Below, piece by piece: positions 42,702 to 52,613 of a stretch of DNA of 64,000 bases. How positions within the stretch are numbered: the stretch's first letter is position 1; every line of letters starts with the position of its first letter. Where the stretch lies: IMG/VR virus record IMGVR_UViG_3300009082_000002, positions 32,001 through 96,000 of that record. One strand, 5' to 3'. The DNA comes from a virus. The notes under the pieces were generated by a model. It was not told where the DNA came from, made no database searches, and was given only the letters and a program-made list of their open reading frames with translations. The translations under genes were made by a program, and so were the position numbers.

Positions 42702-43100
42702 GTGCTGAAGGTTAACTGTCGCGACGGCCGGACGCTCACCTTCGATCTCCTCGATGATCGTGGGCACGAGGACTGGCTGCGCTACCAGCGCGATCTCAAT
42801 TTCCAGTCGCAGATCACAGCGGCAGGGATTCTCCACGATGGCACGCTTCACGCGCTGCCGCTTCCGGCTGGCTTCCGGCATCCCGTCTTCGAGGCCGACG
42901 TCCTCACTCGGGCGAACGGAGGTGGAGAGCAGAGAGTTGCAGGCGAGTGGCTCGCCTGCTACGCTGATCAGGTGAAGTTCACGCTGACGGTCTACTACGG
43001 AACGCGGCCGAAGGTGGTGAGGTTCAGTGGTGCGAAGGTGGGGAAGATGCGCTACAATCCGGCCATCCATGGCCCGGTGAAGGAAGGAGACAGACAATGA
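42702..43100 (+). CDS. Hypothetical protein
   Basis: GTG start after the upstream stop; gene tiling. Confidence 0.6.
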   Translation: MLKVNCRDGRTLTFDLLDDRGHEDWLRYQRDLNFQSQITAAGILHDGTLHALPLPAGFRHPVFEADVLTRANGGGEQRVAGEWLACYADQVKFTLTVYYGTRPKVVRFSGAKVGKMRYNPAIHGPVKEGDRQ

Positions 43101-43573
43101 CCGTTTACAGATACGAGGGCGGCACGCCCCACCTCGACGACCCGCGCCAGCTCGAACCGGACGCAGGATCTGCCGAGGGGCATCCCATCCAGGCGCCGAA
43201 GATCAAGACCAAGCAGGGCCAGCTCTCGGGCGTGCTCGTCACGGTCGGCGCTGTGCTGGAGCTGAACCCGCTGGAGTTCAGGGGCAAGATCGTCAGGCTC
43301 CAGGTCGAGCAGACTGCCGGCAGCGCGGCGAACTACACGGTTGCTCTGTTCACGCAGGACCCGGCCGCGACCACGTTCCACGACTTCGACACTGCGTATC
43401 CGGCCACGTCCTTCGCGGTTGCCAGCGATCCGGTCGACGTGCCCGTGGACAAGGTGTACGAGAATCAGGATGCTCCGACGATGAAGCGTTCACTCTACGT
43501 TCAGATCATCCCTGACGACAGCGCCACGCCGAACGACTACGACATCCGCGTGACCGTCGAACAGCGGGTCTGA
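43097..43573 (+). CDS. Putative structural protein
   Basis: AAGGAG SD; beta-rich composition; lies in the structural module. Confidence 0.6.
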   Translation: MTVYRYEGGTPHLDDPRQLEPDAGSAEGHPIQAPKIKTKQGQLSGVLVTVGAVLELNPLEFRGKIVRLQVEQTAGSAANYTVALFTQDPAATTFHDFDTAYPATSFAVASDPVDVPVDKVYENQDAPTMKRSLYVQIIPDDSATPNDYDIRVTVEQRV

Positions 43574-43579
43574 TGATCG

Positions 43580-44083
43580 ATGCGCCTTGCACTCGCGACC
43601 GATGGCCGCTCACACGATGGTCTCGTGGTCGGGGTTCATGATCACCACGCACAGCCAGCAATGTTCTCATTCTCGAACACCTCGCAGAGTCTTCCGCCCG
43701 GCACAACTTACGATCTGGACGTTGCGCTCGGCCGTGACGACTACCAGCTCGCGACGATCCACATGATCGGGGCGCGACGCTATCCATCGACGACGAACTG
43801 GTACGAGACGGCTTGTGTGTACGCCACGAGAGTCGCCGCCGAGGCTATTGCTCGGAGTGCACGAGGCGTCGGCTACAGGCAGAGCTACGTCTCCCAGTAC
43901 TCAAAGTTCGCTGGAGACGCGTATCTCACGCACAAGATTTTTGACTCGAATACTACCGAGGCGAACATCTACATCGCGCTCCAGGACGCGGTGCTCACGG
44001 GCTCCGTGCTGCGGCTGACGTTCAAGAACTTCTACGGAGGGAGCGCGACCCTCTGGGTGAAGGGCGAGGCGCTGCTGCGATGA
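43580..44083 (+). CDS. Putative fibre/decoration protein, paralogue 1 of 3
   Basis: MRL..H.....DHH N-terminus; YSK..GD.YLTHK.F. Confidence 0.6.
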   Translation: MRLALATDGRSHDGLVVGVHDHHAQPAMFSFSNTSQSLPPGTTYDLDVALGRDDYQLATIHMIGARRYPSTTNWYETACVYATRVAAEAIARSARGVGYRQSYVSQYSKFAGDAYLTHKIFDSNTTEANIYIALQDAVLTGSVLRLTFKNFYGGSATLWVKGEALLR

Positions 44084-44568
44084 GACTTAACGGACGCCAG
44101 ATCGTGACCGACCACGACCTGATGCTGAATCAGGGGCCGGATGACCACCACAACCAGGCCACGAGCTACACGATCCTCGTCAACTCTCTATCGATCGCTC
44201 CGGGCGCGTACCAGTACCGGGTGTCAGTTGGCCTCGGGTTCAAGTGCGTCGAGACGAGTCTGCGAGGCCCCGAACTCGTGGACATCCAGGGCGCCGTTGG
44301 ATTCTGGGGCGTGGCGACGGACACGGCCGGTCAGAGCGGCGGCGAGAGCATCCGACCCTACGGAGGCGGCTACTACACGTCGTACATGGGCGCATATTCC
44401 CGGCTCCACGGCGACAGCTACCTGACTCACGCCGGTCAGTTCGGGACGGGGATCTCACTGCGGGATCTCTGGTACGACTCTGCGACGGGCGAAGTGGTTC
44501 ACGAGTTCTACAATCATGCCCTAGTGAATCGCAACTTGACCGTTCACGGCACTGGTCTGGTGAAGTAG
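44080..44568 (+). CDS. Putative fibre/decoration protein, paralogue 2 of 3
   Basis: MRL..H.....DDHH; YSR..GD.YLTH. Confidence 0.6.
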   Translation: MRLNGRQIVTDHDLMLNQGPDDHHNQATSYTILVNSLSIAPGAYQYRVSVGLGFKCVETSLRGPELVDIQGAVGFWGVATDTAGQSGGESIRPYGGGYYTSYMGAYSRLHGDSYLTHAGQFGTGISLRDLWYDSATGEVVHEFYNHALVNRNLTVHGTGLVK

Positions 44569-45090
44569 ATGCGCCTCGCGGACCCGCGCCAGCATCCGGC
44601 AGTTCACGCGGCGTTGACGGGCGTGCTGCCCGAGCAGCACCACATCCGTCCGAGCAACGTGGAGACGTCGAACACGTCGCTGGTCGTGCCGCCGCTTCCG
44701 GGCGGCCCTGGCGTCTGGGACATCTCTGTGCCCTATGACGCTCTCGTAGTCGCATTCTACTTCCGGTCTGCGCTCACCGTGGACGACGGCGGGGGCAAGG
44801 CGGGTGTCAGTGGTATTGCGACTCGAAGCCAGCTCCAGACGACAGCGCTCTCGCATGGTGGTGACTCGACGACGGCGATGACTGCGCGCAACGCCTGGTA
44901 TAGCAAGGTCGCCGCTGCACTGAACCTTTCACACAAGGTCTTCAGCTCGGTGGGCGACGCCATCGCGTTGACCGACGCCTGGCTCTACGCGACTGGGCCG
45001 AGTACGCGAGTGCTTCGGACCTACTGGACGAACTACGGCGTGGCACTGAAGACGCTGAACTGCTGGGCTGAAATCGCGGTGCTCGGATGA
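44569..45090 (+). CDS. Putative fibre/decoration protein, paralogue 3 of 3
   Basis: MRL..H.....QHH; YSK....LSHKVF. Confidence 0.6.
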   Translation: MRLADPRQHPAVHAALTGVLPEQHHIRPSNVETSNTSLVVPPLPGGPGVWDISVPYDALVVAFYFRSALTVDDGGGKAGVSGIATRSQLQTTALSHGGDSTTAMTARNAWYSKVAAALNLSHKVFSSVGDAIALTDAWLYATGPSTRVLRTYWTNYGVALKTLNCWAEIAVLG

Positions 45091-45163
45091 GAGGGAACTT
45101 GACAGAGCAATTTTATGTTACGAGCGACGGTCTGGAATTGTACGCCTGTCTGTGGGTAAGCGG

Positions 45164-46387
45164 ATGAGTGACAAGCTCCGCGTCCTGGCCGTCTGCCACG
45201 AAGACCCGGCGAACATCCTCGGCGGCATGGGGATGCACGTCCGAGAACTGTACCGGGCTCTCGGAACACGGGGCGACGTAGAGATCGATCTGCTAACCAG
45301 CGGACCGGGCGAGGGCTCACAGCTCTACTCGCCGGGGTTCACGCGGCACTTGTCGGACAAGCTCATCTGCTTCAAGCCGCGCGAAGCAAACCTGGCCGCG
45401 CTGCTCTCGGCGGACATCCAGTTGATCAAGACGTTCACACGGCTGCTCGCGGAGGGCAAGTGCTGGGATGTGCTGCACGTCCACGAGTGGAACTCGCTTC
45501 AGGTGGCGCGGCTGATCCGTGACACGCTCGATCTTCCGATGGTCGGCACCATGCACTTGTGCATGAGCAAGCTAGCCGAGGAAGATCCGATCGAGCGGTT
45601 CACAGAGGGCCACCTCTACATGCTCCAGCAGGAGGGAGCCCTTGTCTGCGGATCGGACGAGCTGATCCTCTGCTCGCAAGCCTACGAACGCATCGCTCGC
45701 GAGAAGTTCATGACTGACCGCAAGATCAACGTGATCTACAACGGCATCCGCTGTGACGAGTGGAGCAGGGAGCGTGGAGTCGGTGTGCGGGCGCGAGCGA
45801 AGCACAACCTGCCCCCGAGGGACATCGCGCTCTTCGTCGGGCGTATCGCCGACATGAAGGGCATTCGAGTCCTGCTCGATGCAATCGAGGCCGACGAGAG
45901 CGGGCGCTACTGCTACGTAGTCGCCGGTTCCGTCAACGCGGACACGCCCGAGCAAGGAGAGCACTGGGACGTGACGCAGAGGTTGCGTCAGATCGAACGC
46001 GAGCATCCGAGCCGGCTGCGCTGGGTTGATTTCGTTCACGGGCAGGACTTGCTCGACCTCTACGCCTGCGCCAGCGTCGGGCTCATGCCGTCGCTACATG
46101 AGCCCTTCGGCATCGCTGCGCTGGAGCACATGGCAATGGGCGTGCCTCTCGTCGCCACCGAGGTCGACGGCCTCGGCGAGATCGTCTGCGACGGTCTCGG
46201 CGGCGAGTACGCGATGATCATCCCGGCTGGGTGTCCGGTTGCGATTTTATCGGCGCTGGCCGAGCTTGACGTGGAGAAGCGGCAGGCGCTCTCGGCCCTC
46301 GGTCGGGCGCGAGCGGCTGCATTCGACTGGACCGAGGTTGCAGCGCAGACGCTCTCGGTGTACAAGAGGGCGGTAGGGAGGCTATGA
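45164..46387 (+). CDS. Glycosyltransferase, GT-B fold (GT4 family)
   Basis: GGMG.HV.EL, DV.HVHEW, VIYNGI, FVGR...KG, PS..EPFGIAALE.MA.G.P.VAT. Confidence 0.93.
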   Translation: MSDKLRVLAVCHEDPANILGGMGMHVRELYRALGTRGDVEIDLLTSGPGEGSQLYSPGFTRHLSDKLICFKPREANLAALLSADIQLIKTFTRLLAEGKCWDVLHVHEWNSLQVARLIRDTLDLPMVGTMHLCMSKLAEEDPIERFTEGHLYMLQQEGALVCGSDELILCSQAYERIAREKFMTDRKINVIYNGIRCDEWSRERGVGVRARAKHNLPPRDIALFVGRIADMKGIRVLLDAIEADESGRYCYVVAGSVNADTPEQGEHWDVTQRLRQIEREHPSRLRWVDFVHGQDLLDLYACASVGLMPSLHEPFGIAALEHMAMGVPLVATEVDGLGEIVCDGLGGEYAMIIPAGCPVAILSALAELDVEKRQALSALGRARAAAFDWTEVAAQTLSVYKRAVGRL

Positions 46388-46890
46388 TGCTCGCGACCAT
46401 CATCAACCCAGACCCGAACTCCCCGCTGGACAAGGCGAGAGTTGCAGCGTTCAAGCCGGAATTGAACAAGTACCAAGGAAGACTCTGGTTGGAAGTCTGG
46501 GTCGTGATCGGGAAGCTGCTCGACCCCGAGGATGAGGACAGCTTCGTGGAGTACCCGGTCCCCGGCACCGGGAAGGCCGCCCTGGAGTTCAAGATCGAAG
46601 ACGGCGTGCATCCACTTCGGCCGGGCACCGCGCTTGGAAAGTGCCGGACTTGCGGAGCGTGGCACCCTAGGACGGCTGGGGTGTGCGGCGATGACGGCTG
46701 CGAGGGAACAGTCGTCATGTACGACGGATTCACCCGGGTTCGCCAGGTGCCGGAAGTGATCGAGGGCGACTGCTGCTTCTCGATCCAGGCTGACAAGATC
46801 CTGGAGTTCCTGGTCACGGAAGAAGTACCGGACCCAGACACCTGGGAGATCGTTAAGGTGTTCAACGCCACGCTGAACGGAGGGGAGTGA
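46384..46890 (+). CDS. Hypothetical Zn-binding protein
   Basis: CRTCG..C....C; GGAGG SD. Confidence 0.6.
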   Translation: MMLATIINPDPNSPLDKARVAAFKPELNKYQGRLWLEVWVVIGKLLDPEDEDSFVEYPVPGTGKAALEFKIEDGVHPLRPGTALGKCRTCGAWHPRTAGVCGDDGCEGTVVMYDGFTRVRQVPEVIEGDCCFSIQADKILEFLVTEEVPDPDTWEIVKVFNATLNGGE

Positions 46891-46891
46891 C

Positions 46892-49084
46892 GTGCCTTCC
46901 GTCGTCCGCATCCAGACCGGGGCGACCGAGCGCATCGAGGCCCTGATCCTCGACGGCTCGCTGGTTCCGCTCGCGGGTAAGACCGACATCCTGGTATCGA
47001 TCCGTCGGTGGAGCGACGGCTACTTCCTCGACTGGAACGACGACACGTTCAAGGCGAGCGGGTGGACCACGCGCCAGGTCGCCATGACCGAGGTGTCGGC
47101 AACGAACGCTCCCGGCGAGTACTATCGCGCGCTGGATACCTCGGCGATCACGAACCAGACCGCCGACGACACCTACGAGATCAGGGTGGACCAGAGCCCC
47201 GGGACTGACGCGAAGAACTTGCCGCAGGTTGGCGAGATCAAGGTCGGGCAGTTCGTTGATGAGCTGGACGCGGCCGTATCAAGCCGGGCCGCGCCGGGCG
47301 ACGAGATGGCGCTGGTGGATGACGCTATCGAGGCTGGGAAGTTCGACGAGAGCACGGCGTTCCCGCTGAAGGACGACGACAGCGGCGCAACACAGGTCGC
47401 GCGTACTGGGGCAGACGGGGACACGCTGGAGACTCTGTCGGATCAGCTCGACGTTGCCCAAGCTGATCTCGACAACCCGAACCAGTACAAAGCCGATGTG
47501 TCTGCCTTGGCCTTGGAAGCGAACGTCGAGGGCCATGCAGCGGACGCGTTAACGACCTATGATCCTCCGACCAGAGCAGAGGCTACGTCGGATAAGAACG
47601 AGATCCTTGCCGCGATCCCAACGGCAAGCTCCGTTGCGGATGCGGTCTGGGACGAGCCGATGGCCGGACACACGACTGGCGGCACGGCTGGCGAGCAGCA
47701 GAATCACCTCGACGCGGATATCAGCTCGCGTGCCACGCAAGCCGACATCCTTGCCGACGCGACCCCCTTCAACGGGGCAGACATCGACGCAGCTATCAGC
47801 AGCCGAAGCTCCCACTCGGCAGCGGACGTGGACACCGTCCTCACGGCTGCGCACGGTGCAGGCTCCTGGCAGACTGCTGATCTCTCGACGATCCCGGCCC
47901 TAGTTGCGGATGCGGTCTGGGACGAGGCGCTAGCTGGTCACGTCACCGGAGGGTCTGCCGGCGAGGCCGTTGGCCGCGTCGACGTCCAGGTGAGCACGCG
48001 GTCCAGCCACACACCAGCCGACGTTGACGCGGCTCTTTCCGCTTCGCACGGCGCCGGCTCTTGGCAACCGGCGTCGCTGGCCTCGATTGCGAGCGCGGTC
48101 TGGGAGGAACTTCTCGCCGCGCACACCACACCAGGCACGACCGGCTTGGCACAGAACAGGATCGACGTCGCGGTCAGCAGCCGCAGCTCACACACGCCGG
48201 CAGATGTGGACACCCAGCTCTCGGGGAGCCACGGCGCGGGGTCGTGGCAAAGCGATTCGAGCGCTGTTGCTGACGCGGTCTGGGATGAGCTGTTGGCAGG
48301 GCATACCGCGGCGGGCAGCGCGGGCCAGGCGATGGCCAGAGTGGATGCGACGGTCAGTAGTCGGGCTGTGCCGGGCGACGCGATGGATCTGATTGCGAAC
48401 GCAGTTGACTCCGCGAGTCTGGCGGCCAGTGGCGTCAATGAGATTCGCGATGGCATCCTCTCGGACTCGACGCCTTTTGCTGGTGCCAGGATCGACGCGG
48501 CGATTAGCTCGCGCAGCTCGCACACGCCAGCCGACGTCGACGCGCAGCTCTCCGGTAACCACGGTGCCGGGTCGTGGGAGAGCGGCCCGACGACCTCGCA
48601 GATCGCGGACGCCGTCTGGGATGAGGCCCTCGCTGGTCACGTCGTCGCAGGGAGCGCGGGCCAAGCGCAGGCCCGTGTTGACGTCGCGGTCAGCAGCCGC
48701 AGCTCACACACGCCGGCCGACGTGGACACGGAGCTGACGGCAACGCACGGAGCTGGAGCCTGGAACACTGGCGACCCGGGGGCCATTGCGGATGCGGTCT
48801 GGGATGAGGCGCTCGCTGGTCACGTCGTCGCAGGTAGCGCCGGCCAGGCGATGGGACGTGTTGACGTCGCGGTCAGCTCGCGCAGCTCGCACTCCGCAAC
48901 CGACGTTGATACGGTACTGACAGCCGCACACGGCGCCGGGTCGTGGCAAGCTGCGAGCGTCGACCCGTCTGTCATTGCGGACGCCGTCTGGGATGAGGCC
49001 TCGGCAGACCACATGACCGAGAACACGATGGGCGGGCTGCAGAACAGGCGCGACGTCGGATCGCCCTGGGGTACCGGACTCTAG
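46892..49084 (+). CDS. Repeat-containing virion protein (AVWDE / SSH..DVD..HGAGSW repeats)
   Basis: 7 copies of [VI]A.AVW[DE]E..A.H and 6 copies of S.RSSH..DVD..L...HGAG.W. Confidence 0.75.
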   Translation: MPSVVRIQTGATERIEALILDGSLVPLAGKTDILVSIRRWSDGYFLDWNDDTFKASGWTTRQVAMTEVSATNAPGEYYRALDTSAITNQTADDTYEIRVDQSPGTDAKNLPQVGEIKVGQFVDELDAAVSSRAAPGDEMALVDDAIEAGKFDESTAFPLKDDDSGATQVARTGADGDTLETLSDQLDVAQADLDNPNQYKADVSALALEANVEGHAADALTTYDPPTRAEATSDKNEILAAIPTASSVADAVWDEPMAGHTTGGTAGEQQNHLDADISSRATQADILADATPFNGADIDAAISSRSSHSAADVDTVLTAAHGAGSWQTADLSTIPALVADAVWDEALAGHVTGGSAGEAVGRVDVQVSTRSSHTPADVDAALSASHGAGSWQPASLASIASAVWEELLAAHTTPGTTGLAQNRIDVAVSSRSSHTPADVDTQLSGSHGAGSWQSDSSAVADAVWDELLAGHTAAGSAGQAMARVDATVSSRAVPGDAMDLIANAVDSASLAASGVNEIRDGILSDSTPFAGARIDAAISSRSSHTPADVDAQLSGNHGAGSWESGPTTSQIADAVWDEALAGHVVAGSAGQAQARVDVAVSSRSSHTPADVDTELTATHGAGAWNTGDPGAIADAVWDEALAGHVVAGSAGQAMGRVDVAVSSRSSHSATDVDTVLTAAHGAGSWQAASVDPSVIADAVWDEASADHMTENTMGGLQNRRDVGSPWGTGL

Positions 49085-49093
49085 GAGGACGTC

Positions 49094-50272
49094 ATGCCGA
49101 GCCTCGCACGCGGCGAAGAGAACACCACCTCGATTCTCAACTGGTTCATCCGGCAGAGCGGGGTCTTGGTGGATGTACACGAGATCGGTTACCAGGTCTG
49201 GGACATCTCTGGCGGCGCGCCCGGAACGCTGCGCTTTCCGAATCCGGCGGACCCGAGCGAGTGGGAGGACGTGACCAGCGGCGACGGCCACTTTGGGACC
49301 GGCTCGTACTACGCCTTCGACAACGACAACGCCAGCGGCTTCACGCCGGACCTCGGCGAACCGCTCGGCGAGCACTGGATCAAGTGGCGTTGGAAGTTCG
49401 CGTCTGGCTCCCCCTACGTCGAGGATCAGGAAGCCTTCACCGTCCTCACGCAGAGCAGCGGCTCCGTCTCGGATGAGTACTGTACCGTCGACGAAATCCA
49501 CGACGAGGGTGTGCCGCTCGAAGTTGATGGCGGGCCGAGTGACACCGAGATTCTTGCGATCATCCAGCTCTATTCCTCGGCCATCGACAAGGTCACGCGT
49601 TCCTTCTTCGCTCCGCGGACCATGACGTTCTACCTCGACGGCAGCGGACACAACACGCTTTTCTTGCCGTACCCGATCATCAATATCACCGAAGTGGAGG
49701 CCAACCTCCTGCCGGGGCCGAGCCCGCGGTCCGGCACCGTCCTCGCAGAGGACGAGTTCTCGGTCTATAACCGGGACATCCCCAACGATAAACGCAACCC
49801 GCGGATCGAGCTGGTCCGTGGCGGCGGGTCGATCTACGCCGGCACCTTCAACGGGATCTTCCGCGCGTCCTCGCTCAACCAGAAGATCACCGGGACATTC
49901 GGCTGGCTCGAAGGCGGCGACACCCCCAAGCTCATCAAGCAGGCGTGCAAGCGGCTCGTCATCCGCAACCTCGGCAAGCTCGCGACCGGGGCCGGAGGGC
50001 CTGCGACTTGGGGTGGCGGCGGGTCTGCGGTCTCGGCGTGGGGCGTCGAGAAGGAGACCACTGACCGGCACTCGATTGACTACACCGACGCACGAGCAGG
50101 CGCCGGGCTTGGCGCCGATGCGACCGCGCTTCAGCTCATCAACGACTCGGTCGCCTACGCGATGATCATGCAGTACCGCGCTGCGACGCCGGCCATCGCC
50201 TGGTCGAGCAGGCCGACCGAGCGCCAGATGATGAGCGACGATTCCGACGAGCGGAGCGGTGGCGAATGGTAG
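49094..50272 (+). CDS. Head-tail adaptor with extra N-terminal beta domain
   Basis: YCTVDEI..ID..T..FF, DGSG..L.LP.PI, ITGTFGW..P.LIK.AC; position. Confidence 0.7.
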   Translation: MPSLARGEENTTSILNWFIRQSGVLVDVHEIGYQVWDISGGAPGTLRFPNPADPSEWEDVTSGDGHFGTGSYYAFDNDNASGFTPDLGEPLGEHWIKWRWKFASGSPYVEDQEAFTVLTQSSGSVSDEYCTVDEIHDEGVPLEVDGGPSDTEILAIIQLYSSAIDKVTRSFFAPRTMTFYLDGSGHNTLFLPYPIINITEVEANLLPGPSPRSGTVLAEDEFSVYNRDIPNDKRNPRIELVRGGGSIYAGTFNGIFRASSLNQKITGTFGWLEGGDTPKLIKQACKRLVIRNLGKLATGAGGPATWGGGGSAVSAWGVEKETTDRHSIDYTDARAGAGLGADATALQLINDSVAYAMIMQYRAATPAIAWSSRPTERQMMSDDSDERSGGEW

Positions 50273-50670
50273 CACCGAACCTCATCCACCAGATACCTGT
50301 CGTCATCGAGCAGATCGACAAGGACGCCACGCTTTACGACGAAGACGCAGAGGAGCCTATTGGCCGCGCCGAGTACAACCAGGTCAGGATCTCCGCGCAG
50401 GTCAAGTGGCGATCGATCGACGACCCGGACTGGATGTGGAGCGGGCGTCGGGAGAACTGGAAGGGGTACCTTCTTTTCCTTCGCTCGACGCTGGTCGCTC
50501 GTGGGCTCACCATCGCCAAGGGCGACCTGATCACGAGCATCGGTCATCGTGCCTGCCGCGTCTACGTCGAGAGCTTTGAAGATGCGGGCCACTACCCGGA
50601 CATCGGCGGCAACGGACTCATGCTCGCGTTCTTCTCCGACCGAAGTCCGGCAGAGCCGCAGGAGGTCTGA
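50266..50670 (+). CDS. Putative head-closure protein
   Basis: Size, position, GYL.F..GD.I pattern. Confidence 0.6.
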   Translation: MVAPNLIHQIPVVIEQIDKDATLYDEDAEEPIGRAEYNQVRISAQVKWRSIDDPDWMWSGRRENWKGYLLFLRSTLVARGLTIAKGDLITSIGHRACRVYVESFEDAGHYPDIGGNGLMLAFFSDRSPAEPQEV

Positions 50671-50671
50671 C

Positions 50672-51307
50672 GTGGCCACGGTCGAAGGCTTCTCCGTTAA
50701 AGGAGCTGGGCTCAAGCTCTCTGGCGACTGGAAAAAATACGGCGACACGCTCGACGCCTTCTCGGACAACTTCAGGAAGCTGATCGAAAGAGCCACGGAG
50801 CGGAACGCAATCCTCGCCCGCGACGAGATGCGGTTGCGGGTCAACGCGCGGAAGTACACGGCCAACGCACCGCGCACCGTGATCCTCAAGGGCGGCGACC
50901 TGCCGCTCGCGGGGAAGACCGGCTCGCCGGAGTCGGCAGCGGGGGCCTCTGGTGGTGGTACCGGGGCCGCGCTGCTCAAGTCTCTCGCGTATCAGATGGA
51001 AGGTCCTCTCTCGGCCATCGTCGGTGTGAACCGCTGGGCCAATTATCGCGGCCGGAAGAACATCGGCAAGATCGTCCACGATGGGGTCACCATCCCCGTC
51101 ACGGAGCGGATGCGAAAGTACTTCTACTTCCTCGCCTTCAAGTACGGCAGCAAGGGCTTCAAGCCGCTCCACCCGCGGACGAAGAAGATTGTCATCCCGC
51201 CGCGACCGTTCATCAAGAACGTGATTGACGACCCGACGGTACAAGCTAGAATGAGGGCCCAGTGGGAAGCGGCGGTCGACGCAGCCTTCGGAGGTAAGAA
51301 GGTCTAA
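50672..51307 (+). CDS. Putative neck/tail-completion protein
   Basis: NAP.T, V.DG.TI.VT..MR, IPPRPF; GGAGGT SD. Confidence 0.65.
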   Translation: MATVEGFSVKGAGLKLSGDWKKYGDTLDAFSDNFRKLIERATERNAILARDEMRLRVNARKYTANAPRTVILKGGDLPLAGKTGSPESAAGASGGGTGAALLKSLAYQMEGPLSAIVGVNRWANYRGRKNIGKIVHDGVTIPVTERMRKYFYFLAFKYGSKGFKPLHPRTKKIVIPPRPFIKNVIDDPTVQARMRAQWEAAVDAAFGGKKV

Positions 51308-52557
51308 TGCAGGAGCGCGACCTCATCAAGGCCTTCAAGTACGGCGAGGAATGGCGCGACGACCTCGTCTTCTCTGGCACGGACATTTACCTCGAAAGCA
51401 CGAACAGCGAACGCGGCGTGATGCTGCGCAAGGACAGCGACGGCGACTACCCGGTCACTGGCGAGCAGTACGTCAGGCACCGCGTCACGGAGCCACTCGC
51501 GCTCCAGTCCTGGGAAGGCTTCGACTATGAGGCCGTGGAGCCGACCGGGACCGCGCTCGCCTTCAGGATCTCGGACGGCACGGACGACTACTGGTGGGAC
51601 GGCGGTACGTGGGTCGTGGTCACGCCGGACCCCGCGGAGTGGAACACCAGGCAGGAGATCCACGACCACATCGCGGGCTTCCGCGCCGCTGTCAGCTCGC
51701 GCAAGCTCCAGGTCGTGACTCGTCTGACTACGACAGATCCGAGCTTGACTCCGCGGCTGACCACGACTAAACTCCTGTATCGAGCTTGGATCAACTTCAC
51801 GGAGGATCTGATCTTGCGCTCCTTCGTCCCGACGCTGAAGGCGCAGATCCGGCCCTGGAAAGATTCGTCCTTCAAGGCCAAGTCTGCGACCGATACTTTC
51901 GCGCTCGGCGAAGGTGGCGCTTACACGCTCCGGCCGTACCGCGTGGAAGAGATCGTCGGTGTCTGGGACCACGACAACGACCCGCAGCACCTCGTCAGCT
52001 TGTTCGACTCTTACGACACCGGCACCGAGATCATGACGCTGACCAGCGCCGTCGCGAGCGGCACGCGTCTCTTCATGACCTTCAAGTACGCGCCGCGCGT
52101 GTCCGTCGCCAAGCACCCGGACTACATCGAGGTCGAAGACGACATCCCATCGCTGACGCTGGAAGGCCTGCGCGCTGTGCTCAAGATGCGCGGCAGCCCG
52201 GCGCGGAGAGATGCCATCATCAACCGAGCTGACTTTTCGGCGAAGGTCGTGGCCAGCGTAGACGCGACGACCTTCGATCTTGACATCTTGGTTTCGGCCG
52301 ACCGCAACACCGACCGCTTCCGGCTCTCGGACGCGGTCCGCGACTTCCTCGAAGACAACCCGCTCCTCAACCTGGTGGGCGTCGACGAGGACACGCCAGT
52401 TCGGCTTTTGCAGGACCCGTCGTTCAGCGGGCGACCAGAGAACAGCGGACTCTTGCAAGAGACGATCACAGTTCGCTTCGACCGTGTACACTACTTCCCG
52501 CAAGCGAAGGACAGGTACTCGGTCAATGAAATGAATGTGGCACTGACGCAAGCCTAG
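51307..52557 (+). CDS. Putative tail terminator with N-terminal extension
   Basis: Immediately upstream of the sheath; PSLTL..F.LDI..D...L pattern in the C-terminal third. Confidence 0.5.
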   Translation: MQERDLIKAFKYGEEWRDDLVFSGTDIYLESTNSERGVMLRKDSDGDYPVTGEQYVRHRVTEPLALQSWEGFDYEAVEPTGTALAFRISDGTDDYWWDGGTWVVVTPDPAEWNTRQEIHDHIAGFRAAVSSRKLQVVTRLTTTDPSLTPRLTTTKLLYRAWINFTEDLILRSFVPTLKAQIRPWKDSSFKAKSATDTFALGEGGAYTLRPYRVEEIVGVWDHDNDPQHLVSLFDSYDTGTEIMTLTSAVASGTRLFMTFKYAPRVSVAKHPDYIEVEDDIPSLTLEGLRAVLKMRGSPARRDAIINRADFSAKVVASVDATTFDLDILVSADRNTDRFRLSDAVRDFLEDNPLLNLVGVDEDTPVRLLQDPSFSGRPENSGLLQETITVRFDRVHYFPQAKDRYSVNEMNVALTQA

Positions 52558-52613
52558 CAACCCGGCTCGCGCGCAGGCCGCTCGAACAGAACGGGAAGGA
52601 CGAAAGGTGGACC

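Noticed and set aside
45099-45125. Canonical sigma70 promoter for the glycosyltransferase
   Set aside because: TTGACA is present but no -10 hexamer lies at 16-18 nt spacing.
46892-49084. Diversity-generating retroelement TR/VR pair
   Set aside because: The repeats are in-frame protein repeats with mostly synonymous differences, not adenine-specific, and no reverse transcriptase is in the window.
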